The notes under the pieces were generated by a model that did no database searches, was not told where the DNA came from, and saw nothing but the letters and a program-made list of their open reading frames with translations. From Saccostrea cucullata (lineage: Eukaryota), in the NCBI RefSeq assembly GCF_032062105.1, contig NW_026932690.1:186001-250000 (forward strand): a stretch of 64,000 nucleotides of DNA, given 5' to 3'. A program made the position numbers and the translations under genes. Shown here piece by piece: positions 50,709 through 64,000 of the stretch (position 1 is the stretch's first letter; every line of letters starts with the position of its first letter).

Positions 50709-52379
50709 TTAAGGAATGTTTAAGATCACCTTATTTGAATTCCTGTATATCAGTGTGCGATTCAGATTCGTGCTTTTTGTTTCACCATATTCTACAAGTG
50801 GTGTCAATCAGATATGGATGCTCAAATACTCTGAGAGAACTTTCAGAAACTTCGGGCTTTTTGATATCATAGACCCGAAGTAAATTTAAATTTATACAAC
50901 GTATATACAATTTTATACTTACCTGATTGCTCATACATCATATTGTCCCCCGCTGAAAGTGGGGGATATTAATTTCGGCCTGCCTGTCCGACAGTCTATA
51001 TGGCTGTGTTTTGTTTGTAATACTTTCGTTTTCACGCGATATCTCGAGAAGCCCAAAACTTTGAGCTTTTGCAATGGCACCTGATCCCACCTCTGATGAT
51101 TTGGAAGTCCGTGTTTGCTCTGCTCCTATTTTGTATTGTTTTATGGACATTTGATCGTGCATACAATGGGTTATCAAAAAGTTCGTGGACTGAGGTTATA
51201 AAGTTAGTACTATGTAGTCTGTGTTTTCAAAATTTATATGGAACATAAAACAACAAAAAATAAAGAAATGTTGAAAATATTTTAGCTTGATACGTTCATT
51301 ATTTGCTAAATTATTATATTATACTTTCATGTAAATTACTTGAATCTGATTCGTCGAGAAACATTTGATAAAAAAACAATACTACCCGCTCAATAATGAA
51401 GCCACGCCCTCCTGCATAGCAACAGTCAACATTGCTTAACGATGGGTGGTATTCCAAAAAATAGCGACTGCGCGGAATTTATGCGCGCACGGTTCACTGT
51501 AATATGTATTTGTATAAAACACTCAGTTTTTTTCAGGGGCAAAACTTTATAGAATGTTGGAAAAGGAAACCCCTCCCTCTTTTTGACGTCATTTTCAAGC
51601 CTTAATTGTTTGGACACTCCATGTAAAATTTATTATAAAATTTCACAGAACTTCCAGAATGGGGCAAAACTTCCATATTTTATGGAACAAGAGTGTCCCA
51701 AAACATACCTGAATTAACGGGATTTTTGGATGTCAAATGTTCAAATCAAACGGGTTTTTCTCAGTTAATTTAGGTCGGAAAAACGTCGTGTTCGAGGTTG
51801 CGCCGCCTGGACATACCATTGCTTCTAAAAACATTACCAAGTTATTAAAGAATAAAATTTATGACTTGTGGTTTTTCTATAGATAGAAAAGATGATGCTT
51901 GATAGATATTTTAAAATTCATTGATGTACCTAAAGCGGAACTTTTCTATTTTTTGATTTTATGGCGCTAGTCAAAATCCACGCATGCACTGCTTTGCTTT
52001 TGATATCTTTCTTGTTTCTTGTCATAATCTTTTGAAATTTTGAACATGGTCCTACATTATGAAGATCTACAGCATGATATATTAAAAATATGTAATCTGT
52101 GGCTATATCTCCTTTGTTTTTTGACGAAATGCTTTGAAATTTCTCCGATATAAAATGTTTTATGAATTCATATTTCTATCGTTAACTTGCCTCATTTATG
52201 TTGTTATATTCTACTATCACCTGCTGCGGATGGTGTTACGTCTTCTAATTTATTCAATACTCATGAGTTTAATACTTTTGGATTAAATGCTAGAACAATT
52301 CAATTTTCAAAGCCAGGCATGCTATTTTTTTAACTGATAAGTCTAAATTCCATAAATTTATTTCTTATTTAATAGATGT

Positions 52380-52745
52380 TACAGGGATTTCAACAGCCTC
52401 GTTTAAATTCGGCATTTTGTAAATTTTATCGTCACTAAAACGACCTTGTCAGCTATATTGAACTATCACGGTTTTCCCCCCTTTTTTCTCTTTGCTTGTT
52501 TCACATCAATTTTTTTCTGCTTCTTTCATGACATGTTTCACGAATACCAATTGTTAGGTTTTTGTTTTAAATATTGAATTAGTCTACGGAATGTCCCATC
52601 TGCCTGATCAGTACATAGGGCACAGCGGGTGAGACCGGTCAAATGGGGATGATTATTTCTCGTACCGATAGGCACCTGATCCCATGTCTGGTATTCCCAA
52701 GGGTCCTGTTTTGTGCCACTTTGTATTATGCATTTTTCTTTAGGA
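52380..52745 (+). mobile_element. Old Penelope-like 3' fragment (another at ~54415-55020)
   Basis: cgaccttgtcagc, gcacagcgggtgagaccggtc, ggcacctgatccca motifs shared with the other copies. Confidence 0.55.
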
Positions 52746-53560
52746 AAATTAAATATTACTTTAATACAAATCAGATACTTTCAACTGTCATTACAAATAA
52801 CCAGTATATTCACACTCATATCATTGTTTACTTCATCAACTAAACGAATTCGAAGGAAAATGGCTACTGATTGCCATCCGGTAGATCATTTCTCTCAGCG
52901 GTCAAGCATCGAGTTTTATGTCCCCTCGGCAAAACATTAGAAATGTTAGATTTTTTTTAGGATAGATTTGTATAGGAACAAATTTCTAAAGGTATAACAA
53001 TTGCCAGTATACTATTCAATAGCGTGCATCCACCAAAGAAATATCTAAGGGAAGGAGGCTTGCCAAGTCGTTTATGCATTTATTTATTAGGGATTTGTTG
53101 CAAAGTATATAGATCCGTGGGGAAACTAACATCATCTTATTGATAACACATGCCAAGGATGTATTTTCCAAACGTTTAGGTCTGTGTCAATATTGAGTTA
53201 CACCCACCATAATTTACAACTCAACAGTGAAAGTGCTCCTACGTGTACTCATTAAAAACATCTGGAGCTAGTATCCGCTAAAGAAACAAATCTTTCTCAC
53301 TCCAGAGAACTCTGGTTTTGTTTTTCAAATCAGTTGATATATACAGACATATAATAACTCCATACTTTTTAAACAATGTTGTAAAATATCACAGTCTTTA
53401 ATCATGCTAGCAAAATCAATAGCCTATTTGAAGTGCATGTTACTTCATTTACTTGTTAATTACAAGCAAAATCTTGTTAAAATCTAACAATGTGTGAACA
53501 TTTTCTGCTTAAAGGTATATTGCACAAAAGGAGTGCAACACATGCAGATATACCAGGAGT

Positions 53561-56500
53561 TCACTCATTTGTGCGTGTTCGATTTTCCATTGTCTGTTTT
53601 ATTGCTGGAGAAGGCCTGGGCGTTTTGATTGGGTGTGATCTCTTGGTTCCCGTATGGCTTACTTTATGTCTTCTGAGGGCGTGGATCGAACCGAACGAAC
53701 ACTGACAGGTTTCACATCGGTAGGGAAGCTGACCTGCACGGATAGGAAATATATTTCATATAGTTAATATCACAACCATCTGTACATTTATGCGACTCGC
53801 TTCATAAAAATTTTATGGCATATGTGATTACTTTTCTATTTTGTCGCGATAAATACTTTTATTATACTTTCATGTAAAATACTAAAATCTGATTGGTTTA
53901 GACGCAGTTAACAATCCGTTCTATTACCCTCAGCCTTAGCAACACACGTGACAACGGGTAACACAACGGTAATGTCACATGCGTGGAAATTATGCGCGTA
54001 CGGTTCACCGTAGAATTCTCAAAACGTCAGTTGCGCGTTTGAAAGAACCGGAATAAACTTGACGCCAATAAAAGCTTGCGTCCGATGTAGCTTAATTGAA
54101 AACAACAAACGACAGACGAAACATGTTTGCGAGTGCAGAAATAACGAAACTTTATATGATAAAGGACTCTTAGAGAATCAAACAAACAATAAAGAGGTCA
54201 GTTAATCTTTTTCGCAGTAGCGGGGAGTTTGAAAGCTTTCTTAACTTGAACGTAAAGATGATCGACGATTTTTTTTTTTTTGCTGACATCCTAAATCAAT
54301 AAGACATTCAGTATAATACTGACGCGTCCGTTGACAATGGTTTTCCTTGGGGTGTCAATTTCAACTGTTACCCTCCAAAACAGGCACCATTTATATATTA
54401 TCACATGTTAATGGAATTTGTGTCTCGCAGTTGATTCCTTACGCCAGAGCAAAATTTACGTAAGAACAATTCTTAAACGAGGAAATCTCTTGACAAACAA
54501 GTTGATACTAACAAACAAGGATACTAACAATCTCAACAATTTGCAAATTCTACGTTGATACAATAACCTTGTAAGTAAGTACAATCCAGCATTAAGGAGG
54601 CTGGATGTTGACTAATAAACCATCATTTATTATTTTTAGATTTTAAATCTTTAGCTGTCAAATATTATTTGACAAAGAAAAATTTCATTTATTATAGTTT
54701 GAAATTTCAAAATTTTTGCATCAATATATCTCTAAATGGAGCTCTTCTTCTAAAGGAGATCAATATAGTCTAAAAATGGCCACAGCCATCCAGTCCTCTT
54801 AAGTCGAATGCTGACTCACGTTCTCCAAACAAATATTTAACAGATTTTTTCTGTTTTCCTGATCATATATACCAAGGAGCACACGGCAGGTGTGACAGGT
54901 TGACTGGGGATGCTTACTCCTCCTAAGCACCTGATCGCTGTTTATGTTTCTACAGGTCCGTATTTGCTCTGCTCCCGGTTTGTATTATTTCATTATGAGC
55001 TTGATTGCTTTGTTTTACGTCACTTGAAGCGTCACAAAGATTAAAATCATTTGATCAGTCTTGTTATGAATTCTATGAGCTCCGAATTTAATATTCTATC
55101 CAAATTACTTGCAAACATGGAGATCTAACATTGTTATAAACCGTACTCACAACTAAATACCCCTCTCATAAACAAATACAATCCTATTCGATGAATAAAT
55201 GAACTACTACTTACATGAAATATTTAACTGGCATAAACCTTTGCTACTTGTAAGTCATGGTTTTGAAACTCATTTACCGGTTACTCTTACCAGTAATTAG
55301 CAAAATTATTAAAGATATATAGTTCAATGTGTTTTATTTTCTGTACTTCTTGGTATTTACAGAGCACGATGTTGACGCGTCATGAGATGCACAGTTTTCA
55401 ATTTAATAACAGTTTACTATAAATAGTTTAGATTTTTTAATTTATTGTCTTTAATTTCCTGATCCTGCATTGATTCTGACAGAAATTACACCAATCAACG
55501 GTTACTGACTATAAACTTAATTGTATTCTGACAGCTGCATGAGCGACAATTTAGTCGGGAGAGGGGGCTTCAATCTTACTTGTGTGTTGTTCAAGATGTT
55601 TCTTCAGTCCAGAGGAGTCATAGAACTGTCTGTTACAAATACCACAGCTGATCTTCAGACCGTCCTTGTGAAGCTGCATGTGTCTCTGAAGTCCACTATC
55701 AAACCGGAATGGTTTCTTACATACAGAACATTCGTAGTGTTTCACAGACTTCTCGAAATGTGTCAGGTCGTGGCGTCGTAAGTGAGCTTTGTCGTAAAAT
55801 CGCTTTTCACACTTGTCACATTTGTACCTCAGTATCTGGTCTCCGTCCTTCTTCTGATGCACGTTTGCTTTGTGTTTATTGAGATTACCAAGCTGGGAGC
55901 ACCTGAACGGACACAGATCACATGCATGAGGACGCTCTCCCGTGTGTGAGCGCATGTGTCGTTCCAATATCCGAGGCTCGAACTTTTTTATACAAACAGA
56001 ACATTCTTTAAGCAAAATTTCTTTCCTCTTTTGAGTATTGTCGACTTGCTGGCTGCTGATCACACTTTTCACTATCGATGTTTCCTTTTCTTTCGATCCT
56101 TCTGTCTCAGGTTTTCCGGAACACGGTTTCTTAGATTTTGAAGATGGCGACTTTTTATATTTAGCACTTATAAATTCGGTAACTTTTTCGTAAGATAGGT
56201 GCGACAAATGTTTTTTGTGAATATGATGATAAAGATTTTTCTTATAATTAAATGTCTTCCTACAAAAAGAACATGTCGACAAATTGTCGCCTGTGTGAAT
56301 GTTTGAATGCTTAAGTAGACCGTTCGTATTTTTAAATTGCTTAAAACACACTTCGCATTTGTTTTCTTTGTGAGTCCTTTTATGAGTTTGATAATCTGAA
56401 AACGATTTATATGATATCCCACATTTTTCACAGAAATAGCGAGATAGTTCGGAACTACACCGTCTGTATGTCGCGGAAGTCGGGAGCTCGCGCGCGGCGC

Positions 56501-57512
56501 GCCTTTTTGAATTGACAGAACGACTTATCTCCCTTGGCATATAGGTGACGTACTGACTAATGAGATCATCGTCATCAGACGAACACTCTTCATCAGTAGC
56601 GCCACCTGTAGCCCGTGGGCTTTTGTCTACGTCATTTCTATTTGACCCGGAAGTGACGTTCGATTGCTTTGTTTTCATTCCTTCCCATTCATCACCCTCG
56701 AGTGGTTCGAATTCGGTCTCCGTCTCATTTCCGTCGTCAACACCCTCCATTTTGTCACGGTGAACAATAGAACCGGCTAACTGCACTTGTTCAGTATTAT
56801 CTTTTTTACAGTCTCCACTCACAGGAAGTTTATCAATACTACCATTGCTTCCATGGTTATCACAATTTTTCATGTTTTCAAGTGCACACTCTGTGCGAAT
56901 ACGATAATCGTTCTCTCCATTAATATTTGTAATTTCGACATTATTAATGTCAGTTAAGTTTTCATTCATAACAGGGGATTGACATCGAGAATCGTCAGAA
57001 TCTAGAATATACTCGTACTCACACTCTCCGACATCGTCACACTGACCAACATCGCCAATATCACATGTGGGATTCACGACGCCATCAACAGGATCGATAA
57101 CCAATTCAAACGGTTTAGTTTCTATTACAACTTCAGCTTCATTATTCGTATTTGTATACCCATCTCCATGAATAATACATCCATCATTCTGTATGACTCT
57201 CTGTTCCACCACTTCGTTTTCATTTTTAATGAAATTTAAATTAGATGATTTCCAAGCTCCCGGATGACTTTGACACACTTGTATCGGTGGAAAGCCACAC
57301 ATACTGTCCGTATCACTTCCTCCCTCGCCGGAATCCTTGTATCTGTCCGTCACCGGGCACTTGTCGACGGTCACAGGATTTTTCTCCGTGAACAGGTCTT
57401 GTTCCTGTTTTAGAAATTTAGGTAAGGTTTCTGAATTTCCTTTGACCGCCAATTTGAACACGAACTTCCCTTTTCGTATTTCTAGACGCGTGGTGTCGCT
57501 GTCGTCCAACAT
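53561..57512 (-). CDS. C2H2 zinc-finger protein, 9 fingers; coding exons 57512-55580 and 53733-53561
   Basis: The 669-aa ORF has an acidic N-terminal half and 8 CxxC..HxxxH fingers including an HTGERP linker. Acceptor TTCTCTTTCAG near 57534 and GCCATG at 57512; donor ACAA|GTAAG joins CCGTGCAG|GT to add QLPYRCETCQCSFGSIHALRRHKVSHTGTK..NE*. Upstream coding exons cannot be excluded. Confidence 0.9.
53855..54402. mobile_element. Interspersed non-autonomous repeat in the ZnF intron (related fragment ~51315-51560)
   Basis: Shared tatactttcatgtaaa.tact..aatctgatt and gcg.ggaa.ttatgcgcg.acggttcac.gta with 51320-51500. Confidence 0.55.
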
Positions 57513-59864
57513 GGCGTCACTGGTTTGACGTAACTGAAAGAGAACCAATTGTAAAGACATTAGTTCTAATTAAGATTTCTTTTTTCCTTCAAAATTTATA
57601 TGTATTAACCACGTAGAAGATCCAATTACAGCGCATATTGATATTATTTCTTTCTCCCAGTAAAACTTTTTTTTCCCACTGCATCAGCTAATAATATATC
57701 CATTTTTCTGTTTTCATCAAGAATCACATGCAATCTGGAGTACTGTATGAAGTTCACTGGCCTTTATACACGGACTTACTCATCTACTTATCTCCTATTG
57801 TACAGAGATAAGATCTGTACTTAAATACAATAGCAGATAACCCCGTTTTATTGACAATCCCCTCTATATAAATCCATCGCATATGCAGCAGAACATTTAG
57901 TCGGAAGATTCTGAATGTTGCCAAGAGAAGGAGAATAATTAGAGAAGGAATGCGTTCTCCACGGCGCCTCTCTATCACTGAACCAGTATCCAAACTGCCA
58001 ACGTATCACAAAATAATAAATGTGCGAAGCTCGCAAAAACTGAAATACGAAAGTCAATATTGGACGTTATCACTGTTCCTTGGGGGAAAAAAATAAAACA
58101 TCATCCCCTTATCACTTGAACAGAATCCAACGGTGCCAAGTTCATGATAAAAGTTACAGTCAGTCAGCAGTTTTCCAGATTAATTTTTTTTTAATTCAGT
58201 TTTTTTGTAATTATCCATTATGTAGATATTTTTTTAAAAGAGTTTATCAGTAATACTAGAGCAGCACGGAAACCTTGCCTCTCAAAGGTCTCACCTAAAT
58301 TGATACTGACCCGGACATTATTCAATGGGAACCTCCAAGATATCGTAAAACTACGCAATAGGACGCTAAGCGTTACTCAATAACCACACATTTCCCGGAA
58401 CAAGTATATAATTATATAAAAGCTGGTTTCGAATTTGTTCACATAACTAGGATACTGTTACCTGAGTTGACATAAGAAGCAACTCTATGATGAAAATGAG
58501 AATATTTATTTTAACGTTATTTTCGGCAATACGCGTGTGAAGTTTTTAATTTTAAGGTGGTGATTGGCTTTGAAATGTTTTTAATGAAAAAGAATTCCTA
58601 CAGAAAATATTTATTCTCATCAATTTCGACAACACGCCAATATACAATTATGTATTATTACATGACCAAGTTTGATTTTTTTTTTTTTAAATAGTATCAG
58701 TGAGTGGGTACCAGTACTGATTAACTAATCGTTTATTTTGGTGGCTTTTTGTTGAAATTGTGCATAGTGTAGATTAAAGGGATCACCAAAACATTGGCTT
58801 AGAAGAGAAAATTGCAGTTTTCCGCATCTTTTCTTCACATTATTCACTTTACTCTGCAATGTCTCTTGTTCACTTTAAATCAACAATATAAGCACGTGTC
58901 TAACTCACCACAAGCTAACATGAAAAATATGAACGATCCTAAGAATAACTTTATATTGTTAATCAAAGGTATCAGGGGGGAAAATAAGCAAACAAAATGA
59001 CGCACGAATGCAGAAACAATCTACATGTGAAAAAAAGAATCCATCAATTCAAAGGCATTTTTATACCCCATTAAACAGAAGTTCTGTGTTGTTTAATAAT
59101 TCCCAAAGGTTCGGAGAATAAAAGATCTTACCATGTAGCGACGCAATCCATCCAGTTGCAATCAGCAGATAAATTAACGAATCATTATTAATATTTCATG
59201 CCCCTCATTATAACGTTAAAATTTTCATTTGAATTTGTACTACACCTTGATTCTTCGGAGACAATAATGATTTAATTTCCTCTTCTCTGAGTTACGCTAT
59301 TTTTTCTTCTACCCCGAGGGCGGTGTTTATAAATAGAGAATTCCTCATGGGATTAACAGCGTGACACCAATTACCAGGTGCCCGTAGCCTGGGGCGATTA
59401 CTTATAACTGAAAGTCTAACTCTTTTGTCACCGGCCCATTGTTACCCTGTTTGTGGATTATAAAATTCAAACACCAAGCACTTGGTAACTAACGAAGTGT
59501 CCTCTTTTTATTTTCTTTGGTTGTTTAGACAAAGAATGGTTCCCGACTGGCCAAATTGATTGCACACTACATCTATCCTCCGTGTGTGCGAGTCATTGTG
59601 AAACAGTGTTAAATATAAAATAAATATCCTACAAAGGCTGGTGAATTTTCTTGGATCTCTGCCAAACCAAAAATAATGGCTTCCTCGTCCACTGCCATTT
59701 TCTTGTATTAAATACCCCTTGACCACTGGTCACGCTTTTCAAAAACAATTTTCTTTTGATAGATAATAGAGAATAACCACTGATAACAGAATAGTAAAAA
59801 TCTTGGAATTGATATTCAGGTTTCAATTAATCGCAGGAAAAGAAACATTTAAAACCACACTCAC

Positions 59865-59965
59865 CTTCCACAGAAAATACGCAGATCTTAGCGTCCGTGT
59901 TTCTCCACCATCTCTGCCAGAGCTATAAATAGCACACGGCACGGTCTGAGTCATGTCATTGTGGT
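59865..59965 (-). promoter_or_regulatory. Candidate promoter / non-coding first exon of the ZnF gene
   Basis: Strong donor GAAG|GTGAGT at 59865, TATA-like TATTTATA 59931-59924, AP-1 TGAGTCA 59947-59953; further donors near 59130 and 57780. Confidence 0.3.
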
Positions 59966-61029
59966 GCTAGGAATTTCAGGCCAAGGAAAACTAATTTCGC
60001 GGTTAACTTTTTCTTTATACGTGTGCGTGTGATTTCAGCATTAACCAACGTTCAGACAAAGGACACTTAAGTGAATTAATTGTGAAAGGTGTGAATGGAC
60101 ATTTTAGGTGAATAGTTTTAAGGCATAGTAGTGAATTAAAAAACTTCTATCGACAATTTTGATTAGCGGAATTTTTCACAAGTTTATTAATTCTTTTTAA
60201 AGAGTCAATGAAAAAAAAGCAAATATTTCTTTAATTAAAGAGTCAATAAAAAAAGCAAATATTGATCTTTTAATTACAAATTAGCTGAATTAGTCAGGTA
60301 CATATATATACATATTTCCAATAATTATGGACGAGCATAAAATTACAGGAGGACAGACAGTGTCAAAAATTTAGCTAAAAAATATACACACTTTTCTTAA
60401 GAATGCTGGATCAGAACTTGTCATCAGATTACAGATTTTATAATATTTGGATGTACATAGTATTTCTGCAACAAAAAAATCTTTTTCGAATATCACAAAA
60501 TAGATTACATTCTAGTAAGTAATGAAATTCGTCTCCTATTTGATTATTTTTATATAAATTGCACACTCTTTCATTTCTTTCAAAATTATTCCATCTACGT
60601 GTACCCACCTCTATTGGAAGACGATTGTTACTTGTTCTGAATTTTCAAAAGACATTTCTTAATTTTCTTGGTAAAATATTTAAGTATTTTTCACATTAAA
60701 ACTTTGTTTTAAAAATTCTATATATGTAATACCTTTACTGGAATTATTCATATCAAGTATTATAAATACCATTTTTGCAAAAACTGGTCTTTGAGCTTTT
60801 GGTTTATTGCCGTTGTGATCCATTTAACACTATGAAAATTTTGATTATTCCAAACAATATACTCATGCAGGGAATTGTACGAGAAGAATCTAGAATTGGT
60901 GGCTTATTTTTTTTCTTAGAGATTTTCTATATTCAAACAATATAAAGCACTTATTCGAACTGAGAGTTCTTCACTATTCTCATTAACCCCCCCCCCACTT
61001 TTATCTCCCTGTTAATTAGCATTCCCTTT

Positions 61030-61670
61030 GGAATTCCGTTAAAATGTCCCACACATGTTTTGAAATGTCAATTTTAACATAATGACACGCCAATCTTTAA
61101 TTGCCAAACGAGAAAGAAATATTCGTCGTAATGTTCCTCACCTACTGACAAGTAATTTTTCACTGAAATGGAAATTTAAAAAAATGAAGAGAGAGTTGTA
61201 GAATTTCCCGTTTGAAAAACAAATTGCAACTATCTTTAGAACGTTGATTGTCATACAATGACACGCCCATTTCTTTAGAAAGGAAAAACACATGTTTCGG
61301 TGGAATACCTGTTCTGAACAGGTATTCTAATAAATATAATATTCAAATTGACGGCTATTATAACACAAAACCTGTTCTACATGTGTTATGGAAACTCCAA
61401 TAAACATGATAAATTCATAACTACAGTGTATGTACAAATTCGTTGCAATACGTGTTTTATAGAAGCTGGAACTCTCTAAATCTCTCTTATAACTTAAAAA
61501 ATTTCCATTTCAGTGAAAATTTGTTGCTTTTCGCAAAGAGTGGGGTGTCCTAAAACATTACGACGAATATTTCTAGTACTTTTCTAAAGAAATGGGCGTG
61601 TTATTCTGTAATAATTGACGTTCAAAGCATGACTCAGAACGTTTTATCCAAACGGAAAATTTTACTACTT
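61030..61670. mobile_element. Fold-back / long inverted-repeat element remnant
   Basis: gaaatattcgtcgtaatgtt..ttttcactgaaatggaaattt (61116-61176) is inverted at 61498-61573; gacacgcccatttctttagaaa (61260) is inverted at 61580-61602. Confidence 0.6.
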
Positions 61671-64000
61671 CAATGCGCTTCATTGTACAATACCATTACA
61701 TGTTCCTAGACAAAAAATCAACATGTGTTACCAGGGGTTTTGAAAAGATATAAAATTGTGAAAAATTTTGCAATATTCAGAGAAAAATACACAAAAATAA
61801 CAAAACATAAATTCCAGATTTTTTTTTTCATCAAAAATTGTTTTAGAAGAAGTGTACAAATCCATATACAGTGGACCTTCAGATATCCGGACCCAAGATA
61901 TCCGGATGCTTCAGTATCCGGACGATTTTTCATCGGGACAGAACATCAAAAATTTTTAAATGTTATATTGTTTTGTTTAACTGGTGATTCAGGTATCAGC
62001 AATAACGCTTCACATATCTGGACAAAATTAAAATAAAAGAACCAAAGGTCCGGATCAATGAAAGGCTCCATAACATTGTACATATAAAAAAATTAAAAGT
62101 ATTGCACACGGGTCCTTCATTTAGTGGAACTCTTCAACTCCAGGGAAGAACCCAATAAAGTTTAAACTACATTGCGTATGACCAACTTAAAATGAAGCCA
62201 CCAAACACGCTGCGTGGGCAAAAAAAATTCATAATTTTTCCTCCACCAAATACATTTTCGCTACGATCTCAACATGTCGGCACAAAATTAGCCACAGGCT
62301 CAGCTCTGATTTGTTGGCATAGTCAACCGAGGATTGTCGATAAGTTGATATATTCTTAAGGAGGCTCATTACACCACTTTTTGATGACGTACTACACAAA
62401 AAAATAAACCTCCATTGTAAAAGAACGACCGTTTTCCTTAGAACGGTGCAAAATGTTGTAAAGGCAATATTCACATTAAATATGTCGTGTGTGACCCTGA
62501 CCTTTAAAACGCTTTAAAAATAGATGAAACATACGGTGTTAGTGAAAACAAAGTAACAGATCCATTATGCATAGACCAAGAAGGATTGCTTTTAAGCAGA
62601 AACAAAAGAAAACAACAGCCAAATCTTCGCCAAACAAGTTTGTGTAATTTCATAGCGATGCATGCAGTGAGCTCTATGATCTATCAATGACATGTTTGTA
62701 CGAAGGAAATTCTAGTTAAAATCTACAACCTTGTTGAAATTAAAAAAGTTATTTACTTGCACTATTTACTGTGTTTGGTGTTAATTTATATATTTGCTTT
62801 ATTGATTTAAACATATACTCTAGGCAATTTAAAGCTTTGTTCTGAATTGTAGATGTAATGTCAAACGTTCCATAGTGTTTTGAGTCTTGGCTAATTAGGA
62901 AAGATAACTCTTGAAAGTGTAAAGGAAAACTTTTTATACCAAATATTTTTTAAATTGGAATTTTCATTTAATTTTTAAACATTCTTCATTCAATTTGTCA
63001 CATGTAATTCATTGAAATACATTCCTTGTCTCTTCAGAACTCATTTTCTTAATGTTTTGTGCACAGATTAAAAAGATAATGACATTAACCGTTTTTTAGG
63101 AGAAAATTATTTTTTCTAATAAAATTAAAATTAGGTATTATGAGGTATTTTCACTGTGTGTACCTGTCTTAAGAAGATACCCATCATTTGACACTGAAAG
63201 TTCTGAAATTCTGGTAATAATAAACTTGAAATAAAACATTTCACTAAAATTAGACAAAAGCTAAAAAATTCTCTAAAAAATATTTATGATATCAATACCT
63301 CGTTCTGGATATTTGACATCTACATTATAAGTGGTGCTGTAATGAAATCTAAAATAAACTGTGGATGTAATGAGCCACCTTAAAAGAAAAATGGATACCA
63401 AACAGAGAAAAAAATAAACTAGGAATGGCCTTACTACTTACTTACATACAAATAAAAATCAAACTGAGGCTTTACAGTGTCAGATAAGACAACCCAGGAG
63501 AAATATTTATTATTTCGATGGAGTGTTTCTAATAGTAAAATATACAAATAAACACGCCGTCGACTCGTTACAGAGTAATTATCAATTTTATCTTCCTCTG
63601 ACGTTTCAAACACCACTAGTTATTATCTGCGATAAGAATGTTATATTTATTTTTAGAAATATTCAAAGTTGATCTAGCTTTCTTAAAACCGTAAACAGCG
63701 ATTTGTATGATTCTCATATTTATGTTGACTAGCGCTTGATTAAGTAAAAGAAGCCTTCAGTGATTGAACGTATAGTTTTAAAAAAAAGAATACTTTTCGC
63801 AAAGACATTAAAGAATAAGATGCCTTTTTACGCCTTGGAGGACGAAATTTCGTTTATTCAATCAGATGACGGAGAAATGTTGAGCCTCCCACCAGACATA
63901 AAACAAGTAATGGTAAGATTTATTACCCCCCGACTCCACCCCATCACTAAACGAGATATAGCCCTAAGCAATTCCATTAGATTTCTTAGTGATTTACTAG

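Noticed and set aside
57784-58057. Short ORFs upstream of the ZnF gene as coding exons
   Set aside because: No recognisable motif or consistent open frame to the donor; more likely 5'UTR or intron
63877-63912. Possible first coding exon MLSLPPDIKQVM|gtaag of a downstream gene
   Set aside because: Too short and at the window edge; nothing to corroborate it

Overview
AT-rich, intron-containing animal DNA. The repeats (HINE/Helentron elements with ~166-bp Cg170-like arrays, Naiad-type Penelope fragments, TTAA MITEs) point to a bivalve, most likely an oyster (inference). All gene models were spliced by hand. Genes: (1) the last five exons of FBXO9 (+, 1556-5285); (2) a 189-aa minus-strand gene missing from the ORF track (11352-11240 + 10540-10084) with the layout of a LAT/NTAL/PAG-type transmembrane adaptor: 8-aa ectodomain, one TM, CxxC, tail with YxNV and tandem YxxPxD motifs; (3) a head-to-head single-pass glycoprotein receptor in two tandem copies, copy A (16195-25415, 244 aa, no TM, probably secreted) and copy B (33460-47479, 535 aa, TM plus Tyr-motif tail whose YxDPSD..YxTPYD block is homologous to the adaptor tail); (4) a C2H2 zinc-finger gene (-, 57512-53561, 9 fingers). 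The first ~46 kb is a tandem segmental duplication with its junction near 25.45 kb and reciprocal losses. Unit 1 keeps FBXO9 and the adaptor but has the truncated receptor. Unit 2 has FBXO9 and adaptor pseudogenes but the full receptor. The best candidate novel system is this adaptor + receptor + soluble-decoy phosphotyrosine signalling module. Some stretches look like assembly-consensus artefacts.
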